DNA of 64,000 bases from an uncultured Candidatus Rokubacteria bacterium. GTDB taxonomy: Bacteria > Methylomirabilota > Methylomirabilia > Rokubacteriales > CSP1-6. This document shows positions 51,790 to 61,274 of this stretch, one piece after another. The position numbers and the translations under genes are program-made. Location of the stretch: assembly GCA_963789955.1 (NCBI GenBank), contig CAWBMV010000022.1, positions 480,001 to 544,000 on the forward strand. Direction: 5' to 3'. Position 1 is the first letter of the stretch, and the number at the start of each line of letters is the position of its first letter. Under the pieces are notes generated by a model. The model ran no database searches. It saw only the letters and a program-made list of their open reading frames with translations, and was not told the DNA's origin.

Positions 51790-52565
51790 GTGATCAACGT
51801 CTACGCGCTCTGCACCGGCTTCATCGAGCTCGACCGCGCCAGCATGGTGTCCGATCTCGCCCCGGGACAGCCCTGGACCGTTCCGGTGATGAGCTTCCTG
51901 GTGAGCCATCCGAAGGGCCACGCTCCTGTTCGACACCGGCGTGCACTGCCAGGCGCGCCTCGACCCGCTGAGCCGTCTCGGTCCCGAGCGGATCAAGCGG
52001 CTGACCGTCAAGTCGCGAGAGGGCGACGACGTGGTGCCAGCAGCTCGCGCGGCTCGGCCTCAAGCCGGACGACGTTCGCTTCGTGGCGAACTCGCACCTG
52101 CACTTCGATCACTGCGGCGGCAACGAGTTCTTTCCTCGCGCGACCTTCCTGGTGCAGCGGGCCGAGCTGGAAGCGGCGCGCCGTCCGGGTTTCGTGCCGA
52201 GCTACAGCCCGAGCCCGCTCGACTTCGATCATCCGCTCGACTACCGGATGCTCGACGGCGAGCACGACGTGTTCGGCGACGGCGCGGTGGTGTTGCTGCC
52301 GACGTACGGCCACACGCCAGGGCATCAGTCGCTGCTGGTGCGTTCCGGCAAGCAGTCCCAGATCGTCTGCGCGTCCGACGCGTGCTACACGCGGGAGAAC
52401 ATGGACCGGGACGTGCTGCCGAAGATCCTCTGGAACCCGTCGGTCATGTTCGAGTCGCTGAAGGCGCTCCGGAAGCTCCGCGACCAGGCCGGGGCCACGG
52501 TGTTCTACGGCCACGACCCGGCGCAGTGGGAGACGATTCCCAAGGCGCCGGCGCCGGTGATCTGA
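51790..52565 (+). CDS. N-acyl homoserine lactonase-like metallo-beta-lactamase, frameshifted
   Basis: LFDTG across a frameshift, SHLHFDHCGG, DVFGDG, GHTPGHQS and YGHD motifs. Confidence 0.85.
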
Positions 52566-52578
52566 GGAGCCGACCGCC

Positions 52579-53628
52579 ATGCGATTCGGGCTCTTCTATC
52601 AAGCGTCGGAAGCGGACGGACAGACGCACGCCGAGCGCTACGCCGAGATGCTCGACTTGATCGCGCTCGGCGACACGCTCGGCTTCGACGTGGCGTGGCT
52701 GGCGGAGCTGCACTTCGGCGGCGCGTTCTCGCTGCTGGCGAGCCCGCTCATGGTCGTGCCGGTGATCGCCCAGCGCACACGCCGGATTCGTATCGGGACG
52801 GCCGTGACCCTGCTGCCACTGCACAACCCGCTGAGCTGCGCCGAGCAAGCCGCGACGGCGGACCTGCTCTCCGGCGGTCGCCTCGAGTTCGGCGTGGGCC
52901 GCGGCTCGATTCCGAGCCAGTTCCATGGCTTCGGCGTGCCCGTGTCGGAGAACCGCGGGCGCTTCGACGAGGCGCTCGAGATCATCCGCCGGGCGTGGAC
53001 CCAGGAGCGATTCAGCTATCGCGGCACCTACTACCAGATCGAGGACGTCGCGGTGGTGCCGCGCCCGCTCCAGCGGCCGCACCCGCCGATCCGCGTTGCC
53101 GTCCACACGGCCGAGAGCTTCGCGCACATCGGCGATCTCGGGGTGCCGATCTATTCCGGGACGACGACCACGGCCCTGCCGCAGCTGCGCGAGTACATGG
53201 CGCTCTATCGCACGCACCTCGCCGCGGCGGGGCATGCGTGGCAGAGCGATCAGATGGCGCTCATGCTGCCCGTCCACGTCGGCACGACCTCCGCGGCGGC
53301 GCGCGACGCCATGCGCCCGGGAGTGCTCAAGTACTACAAGAACCTCGAAGTGATCTTCTCGCAGCTGCCCGACTCGTACGCCGACCATCTGCCGCGCCTG
53401 AAGACGATCCGGGAGACGATCGCGAATCTCCCGTACGAGAAGTTCTTCCGCGATCAGGCCGTGTTCGGCGACGCCGCGGAAGTCGTCGATCGACTCCAGG
53501 CCGTGCGCGACGAGTTCGGGCTCTCGCAGATCATCTGCTGGTTCGATCAGGGCGCGATGCTGCCGCGCGCCGACGTCGAGCGCGCGATGCGCCGCTTCAC
53601 CGACGAAGTCATGCCCAAGCTTCGCTAG
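52579..53628 (+). CDS. LLM class flavin-dependent oxidoreductase
   Basis: GFDVAWLAELHF, DLLSGGRLEFGVGRG and PRPLQRPHPPI motifs. Confidence 0.92.
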   Translation: MRFGLFYQASEADGQTHAERYAEMLDLIALGDTLGFDVAWLAELHFGGAFSLLASPLMVVPVIAQRTRRIRIGTAVTLLPLHNPLSCAEQAATADLLSGGRLEFGVGRGSIPSQFHGFGVPVSENRGRFDEALEIIRRAWTQERFSYRGTYYQIEDVAVVPRPLQRPHPPIRVAVHTAESFAHIGDLGVPIYSGTTTTALPQLREYMALYRTHLAAAGHAWQSDQMALMLPVHVGTTSAAARDAMRPGVLKYYKNLEVIFSQLPDSYADHLPRLKTIRETIANLPYEKFFRDQAVFGDAAEVVDRLQAVRDEFGLSQIICWFDQGAMLPRADVERAMRRFTDEVMPKLR

Positions 53629-53672
53629 GCCGCGCGCCGCAGACGGGCGCGCCGAACCATAGGAGGACAAGC

Positions 53673-54404
53673 GTGGCCAAGAGTGTCGTGACGCCCGAGC
53701 GATTCGCCCGAGGGAGGACGTTCGACGAGTACGTGAAGTACACCGGGAGTCCCGAGAACCTCGCCCGCGAGGCGTTCGGCAGCTACTACCCCGACGGCGG
53801 ATCGATCGGCGTCGCCCGCCGGGACAACAGCGCCGTGTTCCGCGAGCGCTATGCACGGGCGCGGCTCACCGACCACCAGGCCGCCGCCATCACGTGGCTC
53901 GCCGCGCAGCCGGACGGGCCAGCGAAGATTCTCGTCATCTCGGAAGACTGGTCGTCCGACTGCCGGCGTGACGTGCCGATGCTGGCGCGGCTGGCCGAGG
54001 CCGGCGGGCTGGAGCTCCGGATCTTCAACCGCGACGGAAAGAAGATTCTCGGCACGCGTCGACCCGATCCAGCCGCGCATCCGGACGGCAACCACGACAT
54101 CATGCTCGAGTTCCTCAACGCGAAGAACGGCGGCGAGTGGGCATCGCTGCCGGTCGTGGTCGTTTATACGAAGGACCTCCGCGAGCTGCACCGGTACATC
54201 GAGTTTCCGGCCATCTATCACAAGGACTACATCCGCGGATACATGCAGGCCGCGCGGGCCGGCGAGAGCGAGGCGCAGACGAAGGAGCGCGGCCAGCGCG
54301 AGTTCGTCGCGCTGCAGGGCTCGCCGTTCTTCGACGTGTGGGCCTCGGCCGGGATCGACGAGATCCTCGCCGCGCTCTACGAGAAGCTGACGGTGAAGGC
54401 CTAG
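53673..54404 (+). CDS. Thioredoxin-fold protein (Thioredoxin_9-like)
   Basis: AGGAGG RBS plus GTG start. ILVISEDWSSDCRRDVP...LRIFNRD...SLPVVV. Confidence 0.75.
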   Translation: MAKSVVTPERFARGRTFDEYVKYTGSPENLAREAFGSYYPDGGSIGVARRDNSAVFRERYARARLTDHQAAAITWLAAQPDGPAKILVISEDWSSDCRRDVPMLARLAEAGGLELRIFNRDGKKILGTRRPDPAAHPDGNHDIMLEFLNAKNGGEWASLPVVVVYTKDLRELHRYIEFPAIYHKDYIRGYMQAARAGESEAQTKERGQREFVALQGSPFFDVWASAGIDEILAALYEKLTVKA

Positions 54405-55762
54405 GACGGGCGCGCGGCGACGACCAGAAGGCCGTCGACCGGCTTCTTCAGCTCGAGCCGCAGATGGACGTGCGTGATCTGTCGCGGCTCGAGCCGCGCG
54501 CCGGCCAGCACCCGCCGGACGTACGCCTCGGTGTGGCTGTAGCGGCCGTGCGGGTTGATCCGGTAGCCCTGCGGCGCCTCGTCGTCGCTCGCCCGCTCGA
54601 GCGTGAACACGACGTGGCCGCGCGGACGGAGCCCTCGGTGCGCGGCGGCCATCGCGGCCGCCAGATCGCCGAAGTAGACGAGCGTATCCGCCGAGACGAT
54701 CAGGTCCCAGGCGGCCGGCACCGCGCCCACGAACGCCGTCAGCTCGCCGAGGATCAGCTCGTCGTAGAGCTTGCGCATCCCGGCGCGCTTCAGCATCTCG
54801 AGCGACAGGTCCACGCCGACCAGGCGCCGGGCGAACGGCTTGACATGCTCGGCGCAGAGGCCGGTGCCGCAGCCGGCGTCGAGAATGTCGAGACCGGCCA
54901 CCGGAGCGCCCATCACGTCGGCGGCCGCCTGGCCGACCAGCGCCGGCGCGCGATACTGCAGCCCCTCGAGGATGTAGTCGAAGCTGTCCGCGAAGCCCTC
55001 GAAGATGTTCCGCACGGTGTCGTCCGAGGCGCGCGCGGGCACGCCCTGTCCCGTGCACGCGGACAGGAGGTGTCGCGCCAGGGGATTCTCCGGCTCCAGC
55101 GAGAGCCACTTTCGGTAGACGTCCGCGGCTTCCTCGATGCGCCCCCATCCGTAGAGCGCGGCCCCGAGCCGGCGATAGGAATCGAAGTGAAACGGCCGGA
55201 GCATCACGGCCTGCCGGTACGCGGTGAGCGCTTGCGGCATGAGGTCGAGCGCCTCGAGCGCCTTGCCGAGATTGAGATGGGCGTCGGCCATGTCCGGTCG
55301 TAGCGCGATGGCCCGCTCGTAGAACACGATCGCTTCGTCGTGGCGCTTCTGTTGCTGGAGCGCGTTGCCCAGGTTGTTGTAGGCGTCGGCCAGCTCGGGC
55401 TGGAGCGCGATGGCGCGCTCGTAGCAGGTGACCGCCTCGTCGGTGCGCTTTTGATGCTGCAGGACGTTGCCCAGGTTGTTGTGGGCGTCCGAGTAGGCGG
55501 GCGCCAGCTCGACCGCGCGGCGGATCAAGGTCTCGGCCTCGGAGAGTCGTCCGAGCTGGAACGCCACCACGCCGCGGAAATGCCAGGCGTCGGGATAGTC
55601 GGGAGCGGCCGCGAGGATGCGCCGGTAGAGCTCGTCGGCCGCCTCGAGGCGATCCTCCTTCTGCAGCTCTCTGGCGTAGGCCATCGCGTCCGCGAGCCCG
55701 AGCTCCTTCGGTACGCTCTCGCCGGCTGGAGCCGTGGCGCCAGGGTCGTCGGCGGTGACCAT
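54401..55762 (-). CDS. TPR-repeat protein with C-terminal SAM methyltransferase
   Basis: Repeated AHNNLGN/AYNNLGN TPRs, LDAGCGTGL and DTLVYFGDL motifs. Confidence 0.9.
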   Translation of the reverse strand: MVTADDPGATAPAGESVPKELGLADAMAYARELQKEDRLEAADELYRRILAAAPDYPDAWHFRGVVAFQLGRLSEAETLIRRAVELAPAYSDAHNNLGNVLQHQKRTDEAVTCYERAIALQPELADAYNNLGNALQQQKRHDEAIVFYERAIALRPDMADAHLNLGKALEALDLMPQALTAYRQAVMLRPFHFDSYRRLGAALYGWGRIEEAADVYRKWLSLEPENPLARHLLSACTGQGVPARASDDTVRNIFEGFADSFDYILEGLQYRAPALVGQAAADVMGAPVAGLDILDAGCGTGLCAEHVKPFARRLVGVDLSLEMLKRAGMRKLYDELILGELTAFVGAVPAAWDLIVSADTLVYFGDLAAAMAAAHRGLRPRGHVVFTLERASDDEAPQGYRINPHGRYSHTEAYVRRVLAGARLEPRQITHVHLRLELKKPVDGLLVVAARPS

Positions 55763-55804
55763 GGCGTGATTCTAGTCGATTCGCGAAAGGCCGCGAGCCA
55801 TCCT

Positions 55805-55840
55805 CTTGACTCTGCGGCCCGATCGGGCGAGCCTCGCGTG
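55805..55840 (+). promoter_or_regulatory. Bipartite motif CTTGAC-N19-AGCCTCGCGTG upstream of E1-beta
   Basis: Same motif and spacing as at 41959-41994. Confidence 0.6.
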
Positions 55841-55863
55841 GAGCCAGGGGTCACCGGGCGACC

Positions 55864-56054
55864 ATGGCAGGGCGCGCTCCAGGCCGTCGCGGGGCTGGGG
55901 GCCCCGCCGGCCGAGGCGCGCCTACGAATGGCAGGGCGCGCTGCAGGCCGTCGCTGGGGCTGGGGCCCCGCCGGCCGAGGCGCGCCTACGAATGGCAGGG
56001 CGCGCTGCAGGCCGTCGCTGGGCTGGGGCCCCGCCGGCCGAGGCGCGCCTACAA
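55864..56054 (+). repeat. Three tandem 63-64 bp copies of a REP-like palindromic element
   Basis: Units start at 55864, 55928 and 55992 (ATGGCAGGGCGCGCT...GGCCGAGGCGCGCCTAC). Confidence 0.95.
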
Positions 56055-56069
56055 ATGGAGGGCGGTGTC

Positions 56070-57057
56070 ATGAGCGAGCGAGAGCTGACGTACGGCGAGG
56101 CGGTCAAGGAAGCGATCGCGGAGGAAATGCGGCGCGATCCGCGCGTGTTCCTCATCGGCGAAGACGTGGCCGAGGCCGGCCACCCGTTCAAGACCCTCAT
56201 CGGGCTCGTGCAGGAGTTCGGCACGCAGCGGATCATCGACACGCCCATCTCGGAGCCCGGCTACGCCGGCATCGGCGTCGGCGCGGCGATGACGGGCATG
56301 CGGCCCGTGGTCGACGTGATGTTCGGCGACTTCATCACCTTGACCATGGACCAGATGGTCAACCAGGCCGCCAAGGCGCATTACATGTCGGGCGGCAAGA
56401 TCAAGGTGCCGATCGTCTTTCGCACCACGCTCGGCGCGACGCGACGCTCGGCCGCGCAGCACTCGCAATCGTTGCATGCGTGGGTCAGCCACGTCCCCGG
56501 CCTCAAGGTGGCGCTGCCGTCGGGGCCGTACGAGGCCAAGGGGCTGATGAAGACGGCCATCCGCGACGACAGCCCCGTGGTGATCTTCGAGGACAAGATG
56601 ATGTACCGCGTCAAGGGCCCGGTGCCCGCCGAGGACTACACGATCCCGTTCGGCGTCGCCGAGGTGAAGCGGGTCGGGGACGGACATCACGATCGTCGCC
56701 ACCAGCAGCATGGTCGCGGTGGCCCTCGGTGCCGCGAAGCTTCTCGAAGAGGCCGGCATCAGCGCCGAGGTGATCGATCCCCGCACGACGTGGCCGCTCG
56801 ACAAGAAGGCGCTGATCGAGTCGGCCAAGAAGACGTCGCGCGCGATCGTGGTGGACGAGGGCTACGAGCGCTACGGGGTCACCGCCGAGATCGCCTCGGT
56901 GATCGCCGAGGGCGCCTTCTATCATCTGGACGCGCCCGTGAAGCGGATCGGCGCCATGGACGTGCCGGTGCCGTTCTCGCCGGTGCTCGAAGACCTCACC
57001 GTGCCGTCGGAGCAGGCGGTCGCCGACGCGGCGAAAGCGCTCTGCCGCAAGGCATGA
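56070..57057 (+). CDS. 2-oxoacid/acetoin dehydrogenase E1 beta subunit, frameshifted near 56680
   Basis: GEDVA, DTPISE, AAQHSQS, EVIDPRT and DAPVKRI motifs. Confidence 0.92.
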
Positions 57058-58092
57058 TGCGCCTCGACGTCGATCTCTTCAGCGACACGGTCACCCGCCC
57101 CACCGCCGAGATGCGCCGCTTCATGTGCGACGCCGAGGTGGGCGACGAGCAGAAGCTCGAGGACCCGACCGTCAATCTGCTCTGCGAGATGGTCGCCGAG
57201 CTGCTCGGCAAGGAAGCCGCGGTGTTCCTGCCGTCGGGCACCATGTGCAACGAGATCGCGCTGCGCGTGCACGCGCGGCCCGGCGAAGAGGTGATCGCGC
57301 ATCACACCGCGCATCCGATCCACTTCGAGACGGGCGGGCCGGCGGCGCTCGCCGGCGTCAACGTGCGGCCGGTCGACGGCGCGCGCGGTCAGTTCGACGC
57401 CGAGGCGGTCGAGGCGGCCGTACGCCACGCCTCGCGGTACGCGCCCGCGCAGCCGTCTCGTCTGGGTGGAGCAGACCAGCAATCTCGGCGGCGGCTCCGT
57501 GTGGCCGCTCGAGCGCATCGAGGCGGTGACGGCGGTCGCGCGACGTCACGGCCTGGCGACGCACATGGACGGCGCGCGCCTGATGAACGCGGTCGTCGCG
57601 AGCGGGGTGTCCGCGCGCGACTACGCGGCCACGTTCGACTCGGCGTGGATCGACTTCACCAAGGGCCTCGGCGCGCCCGTCGGCGCGGCGCTCGCCGGCT
57701 CGCGCGCGTTCATCGACGAGGCGTGGCGATGCAAGCAGCAGATGGGCGGCGCCATGCGCCAGGCCGGAATCATCGCGGCCGGCGGCGTGTGGGCGCTGCG
57801 CCACCACGTCAAGCGCCTGGCCGACGATCACACGAACGCCCGGCGCCTGGCCGAAGGCCTGGCCGGTCTTCCGGGGGTGAGCGTCGATCCGAAGACGATC
57901 GACACCAACATCGTGTTCTTCGATCTGACCGGCGCGCTCACCGCGGGTGTCGCGGTCGAGCGCATGCTCGCGAGCGGCGTGCGCATGGGCGCCCTGGGGG
58001 CGCGCACGATTCGCGCCGTCACCCATCTGGACGTCGACGCCGCCAAGATCGAGCGGGCGCTCTCGGTGGCTCGCGAGGTCTTCACCGCGTGA
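57054..58092 (+). CDS. ltaE: Low-specificity threonine aldolase family protein, frameshifted near 57445
   Basis: DLFSDTVTRPT, PSGTMCN, HMDGARL, KGLGAPVG and GGAMRQAG motifs. Confidence 0.88.
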
Positions 58093-58105
58093 GCGCAGAG
58101 CCCTG

Positions 58106-59440
58106 ATGCCGACCAACATCATCATGCCCGCCCTCGAGATGGCGCAGGAGACCGGCAAGGTCGTGCGCTGGCTCAAGCGTCCCGGCGACACCGTGCGGAA
58201 GGGCGAGCCGATCGTCGAGATCGAGACCGACAAGGTCACGGTCGAGATCGAGGCCCCGGCGTCCGGCGTCCTGCGCGACGTGACCGCGAACGAAGGTGAC
58301 GTGGTGCCGGTGGGGCGGACGATCGCGCTCATCACGGCGGCCGGTGAGGCCGCGAGCACAGTCGCGGCGATGTCGGTGATGCCACCCGCGAGCGCGGCGG
58401 CGACCGGCTCGGTCCCGGCGCCGCCCGCCTCGGGCGGAGCGTCGACCGGCACGGTCAAGGCCTCGCCGCTCGCGCGCCGGATCGCCGAGCAGCACGGTGT
58501 CGATCTCGGGCGTGTGACGACGGCCAGCGGTCGGATCGAGAAGGCCGATGTGCTGGCCTATGTCGAGAGCCGACGGCCGACCGCGGGCGGTAACGGGCCG
58601 GCTGCGCGGCTCGCGGCGGCGTCGCCCAAGGCGCGCCGGCTCGCCGCCGAGCGCGGGCTCGACGTCGGTGCCCTGCGAGGCTCCGGGCCGGGCGGGGCCG
58701 TCCTGGCCGACGACGTGCCGGTCGCGGCGCGCCCGGCGGCGACGGCGGCGCCCAGCGCGCCGCGCGAGAGCGCTCCGAGCGTCGGTACCGTCTGGCGAAT
58801 CATGGCCGAGCGCATGACGACGAGCTGGACGACCGCGCCGCACTTCTATCTGGTGCGCGAGGTCAACGTGACCCGACTGGCCTCGTGGCTCGACCAGGCG
58901 CGCACGCAGACCGGCGCCCACGTCACCTATACGGATCTACTGATCAAGCTCGTCGCGGCGGCGATCTCACGGCACCCGCGCGTGAACGCGTCGTGGAAGG
59001 ACGGCACGATCGTGCAGAGCTCCGACATCAATGTCGGGCTCGCCGTGGCCATTGACGACGGTCTCGTCGTGCCCGTCATCCATCGCGCCGACACCTTGCA
59101 TCTGCCCGAGCTCGCGGCGCGGCGCGCCGACATCGTGAGCCGCGCCCAGGCCGGCAAGCTACGCCCGGCGGACATCCAGGGCGGCGGATTCACGATCAGC
59201 AACCTCGGGATGTTCGGTGTGGACGCCTTCAGCGCCATCGTCAACCCGCCGCAGGCCGCCATCCTGGCCGTCGGACGGATCGCCGACCGCGTGGTCGCGC
59301 TCCACGGTCAGCCGGTCGTGCAGCCGACCCTGGTGCTCACGCTGTCCTGCGACCATCGCGCCCTCGACGGCGCGCGCGCCGCCCAGTTCCTCGGCACGCT
59401 CGCCGACCTCGTCGAGGAACCCCTGGCGCTTCTCGTCTAG
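58106..59440 (+). CDS. Dihydrolipoamide acyltransferase E2
   Basis: Lipoyl motif ETDKV, two ASP.ARR.A subunit-binding domains, FTISNLG and DHRALDG. Confidence 0.95.
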   Translation: MPTNIIMPALEMAQETGKVVRWLKRPGDTVRKGEPIVEIETDKVTVEIEAPASGVLRDVTANEGDVVPVGRTIALITAAGEAASTVAAMSVMPPASAAATGSVPAPPASGGASTGTVKASPLARRIAEQHGVDLGRVTTASGRIEKADVLAYVESRRPTAGGNGPAARLAAASPKARRLAAERGLDVGALRGSGPGGAVLADDVPVAARPAATAAPSAPRESAPSVGTVWRIMAERMTTSWTTAPHFYLVREVNVTRLASWLDQARTQTGAHVTYTDLLIKLVAAAISRHPRVNASWKDGTIVQSSDINVGLAVAIDDGLVVPVIHRADTLHLPELAARRADIVSRAQAGKLRPADIQGGGFTISNLGMFGVDAFSAIVNPPQAAILAVGRIADRVVALHGQPVVQPTLVLTLSCDHRALDGARAAQFLGTLADLVEEPLALLV

Positions 59441-59449
59441 AATAGCGAT

Positions 59450-60205
59450 ATGTGGAACCTTCGAGTCCTCGCCGTCGCCCTCGTTCTTGGCCTCGCCGTT
59501 GCGGTGCCGTTCGCCGGTCGAGTACTCGCCGACGAGCCCAAGCTCTCGCAGCAAGAGATCGAGAAGATCGTGCACGACTATCTCCTGCGGGAGCCGGAGG
59601 TGCTCGCCGAGGCGTTCCGGCGTCTGCAGCAGCGCCAGTCGGCCGCGGCGGCGACGAAGGCCAGGCAGGCGATCCAGGACAACCAGCAAGCGCTGCTGTC
59701 GGATCACGCCTCGCCGGTCGAGGGCAATGCGCAGGGCAAGGTCACGATCGTCGAGTTCTTCGACTACCGCTGCGTGCATTGCCGCCACGTCGCGCCCACG
59801 ATCGATCGGATCGTGAGCTCGAACGCGTCCGTGCGCGTGGTCTACAAGAACTTTCCCGTGCTCGGCGAGCCCTCGGTCCTCGCGGCTCGAGGCGCTGTCG
59901 CGGCGCAGCAGCAGGGCGGATGGCCGAAGCTCCATCGGGCGATGCTTGCCTTCGAGGGCGACTTCACGGTCGAGAGCATCCTCGCGCTCGGCGCGTCGGT
60001 CGGTCTCGACTCCGCCAAGCTGAAGACGGACATGATGTCGCCGGCCACGGACAAGGCCTTGCAGGCCAACATGACCCTGGCGGCGGCGCTCGGGCTCGAC
60101 GCGACGCCGAGCTTCGTGATCGGCGATCGCGTCATTCGCGGGGTGCTCTCGCCCGAAGCGTTCCAGGCGCTCGTCGACGACGAAGCCGCGAAGAGCGCGC
60201 GCTAG
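59450..60205 (+). CDS. DsbA/ScsC-like thioredoxin-fold oxidoreductase
   Basis: Signal peptide, EFFDYRCVHC, ATPSF cis-Pro loop. Confidence 0.9.
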   Translation: MWNLRVLAVALVLGLAVAVPFAGRVLADEPKLSQQEIEKIVHDYLLREPEVLAEAFRRLQQRQSAAAATKARQAIQDNQQALLSDHASPVEGNAQGKVTIVEFFDYRCVHCRHVAPTIDRIVSSNASVRVVYKNFPVLGEPSVLAARGAVAAQQQGGWPKLHRAMLAFEGDFTVESILALGASVGLDSAKLKTDMMSPATDKALQANMTLAAALGLDATPSFVIGDRVIRGVLSPEAFQALVDDEAAKSAR

Positions 60206-60347
60206 TCTTTGGGGGTGCGGAATACTGCTTGACGACGCGTTTTATAAATTCCTGGTATTACCTCACAAAAGGCATATCCTGAACAAAGCATAAGCTGTCA
60301 GTAACAGGAGTTTGACCGGATAGACTCTGGTTCCACATGGAGAGCCG

Positions 60348-61211
60348 ATGAGTCTAGAGCCTGACCTAGAAGTTCCTCGAGGCGTTCCCGCCGTTCGGCA
60401 TCGCGTTGTCAAAGTTCGAGATCACGCTGCCTCCGAGTGTCTGGATTATCTCGCCGTCGAAGAGCCCCTCGAGATTCGCCTGGGCGGTATCAATCTCAGC
60501 GTCACGATGCGAACCCCAGGCGACGATGAGGAGCTCGTCGCGGGCTTCCTGTTCTCCGAGGGCATCATCGCGAGCGCCGACGATCTCGACGTCATCGCCC
60601 GCTACCGCGGCCCCGACGGAGATCCCGACGACGGCAACGTGATGAACGTGCTGCTGAAGGGCGACATGCGCGTCGCCAAGGACCGGTTGCGCCGCAACTT
60701 CGTCGCGTCCTCGTCCTGCGGTCTCTGCGGCAAGGCGACGATCGACGCGATTCGCGCGACGCTCCCGCCGGTGCAATCCGACATCGTCATCTCCGTCGAT
60801 CGGCTCAACCGCCTCGGGGCGGTGATGCACGACGCCCAGTCGACGTTCGAGAAGACCGGCGGGCTGCACGCGGCCGGGCTCTTCGATGCCGACGGCCGGA
60901 TGATCGTGCTGCGGGAAGACATCGGTCGCCACAACGCCGTCGACAAAGTCATCGGCCATCGGGTACTGGCTCGCAGCATGCCGCTCGACCGCCACGTGCT
61001 CATGGTCAGCGGCCGGGTGAGCTTCGAGATCATGCAAAAGGCCTTGACCGCGCGCATCCCCGTGATCGCCGCGGTCTCGGCGCCTTCGAGTATGGCTGTG
61101 CAGATGGCGCTCGCCGCGGACATGACCCTGATCGGGTTCGCGCGGAACGGCGGGTTCAACCTTTACGCGGGCGCCCATCGGGTGGCGCCGAATGTCGCGG
61201 AACTCGTGTGA
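60348..61211 (+). CDS. fdhD: Formate dehydrogenase accessory sulfurtransferase
   Basis: EEPLEI, MRTPG, SSCGLCG, TGGLHAA, EDIGRHNAVDK and SAPSS motifs. Confidence 0.95.
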   Translation: MSLEPDLEVPRGVPAVRHRVVKVRDHAASECLDYLAVEEPLEIRLGGINLSVTMRTPGDDEELVAGFLFSEGIIASADDLDVIARYRGPDGDPDDGNVMNVLLKGDMRVAKDRLRRNFVASSSCGLCGKATIDAIRATLPPVQSDIVISVDRLNRLGAVMHDAQSTFEKTGGLHAAGLFDADGRMIVLREDIGRHNAVDKVIGHRVLARSMPLDRHVLMVSGRVSFEIMQKALTARIPVIAAVSAPSSMAVQMALAADMTLIGFARNGGFNLYAGAHRVAPNVAELV

Positions 61212-61274
61212 TGTTTCGGATGTTACTGATCGGCGATACCAACGCCGTTGTCGCTTCGTAGGAGGAACGAAACC

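Noticed and set aside
55864..56054. CRISPR array
   Set aside because: Units are near-identical over their whole length, with no unique spacers and no cas genes.
55806..58106. 766-aa E1-beta-aldolase fusion with repeat-encoded N-terminus
   Set aside because: Arises from frameshifts and read-through of the tandem repeat. A normal start exists at 56070.
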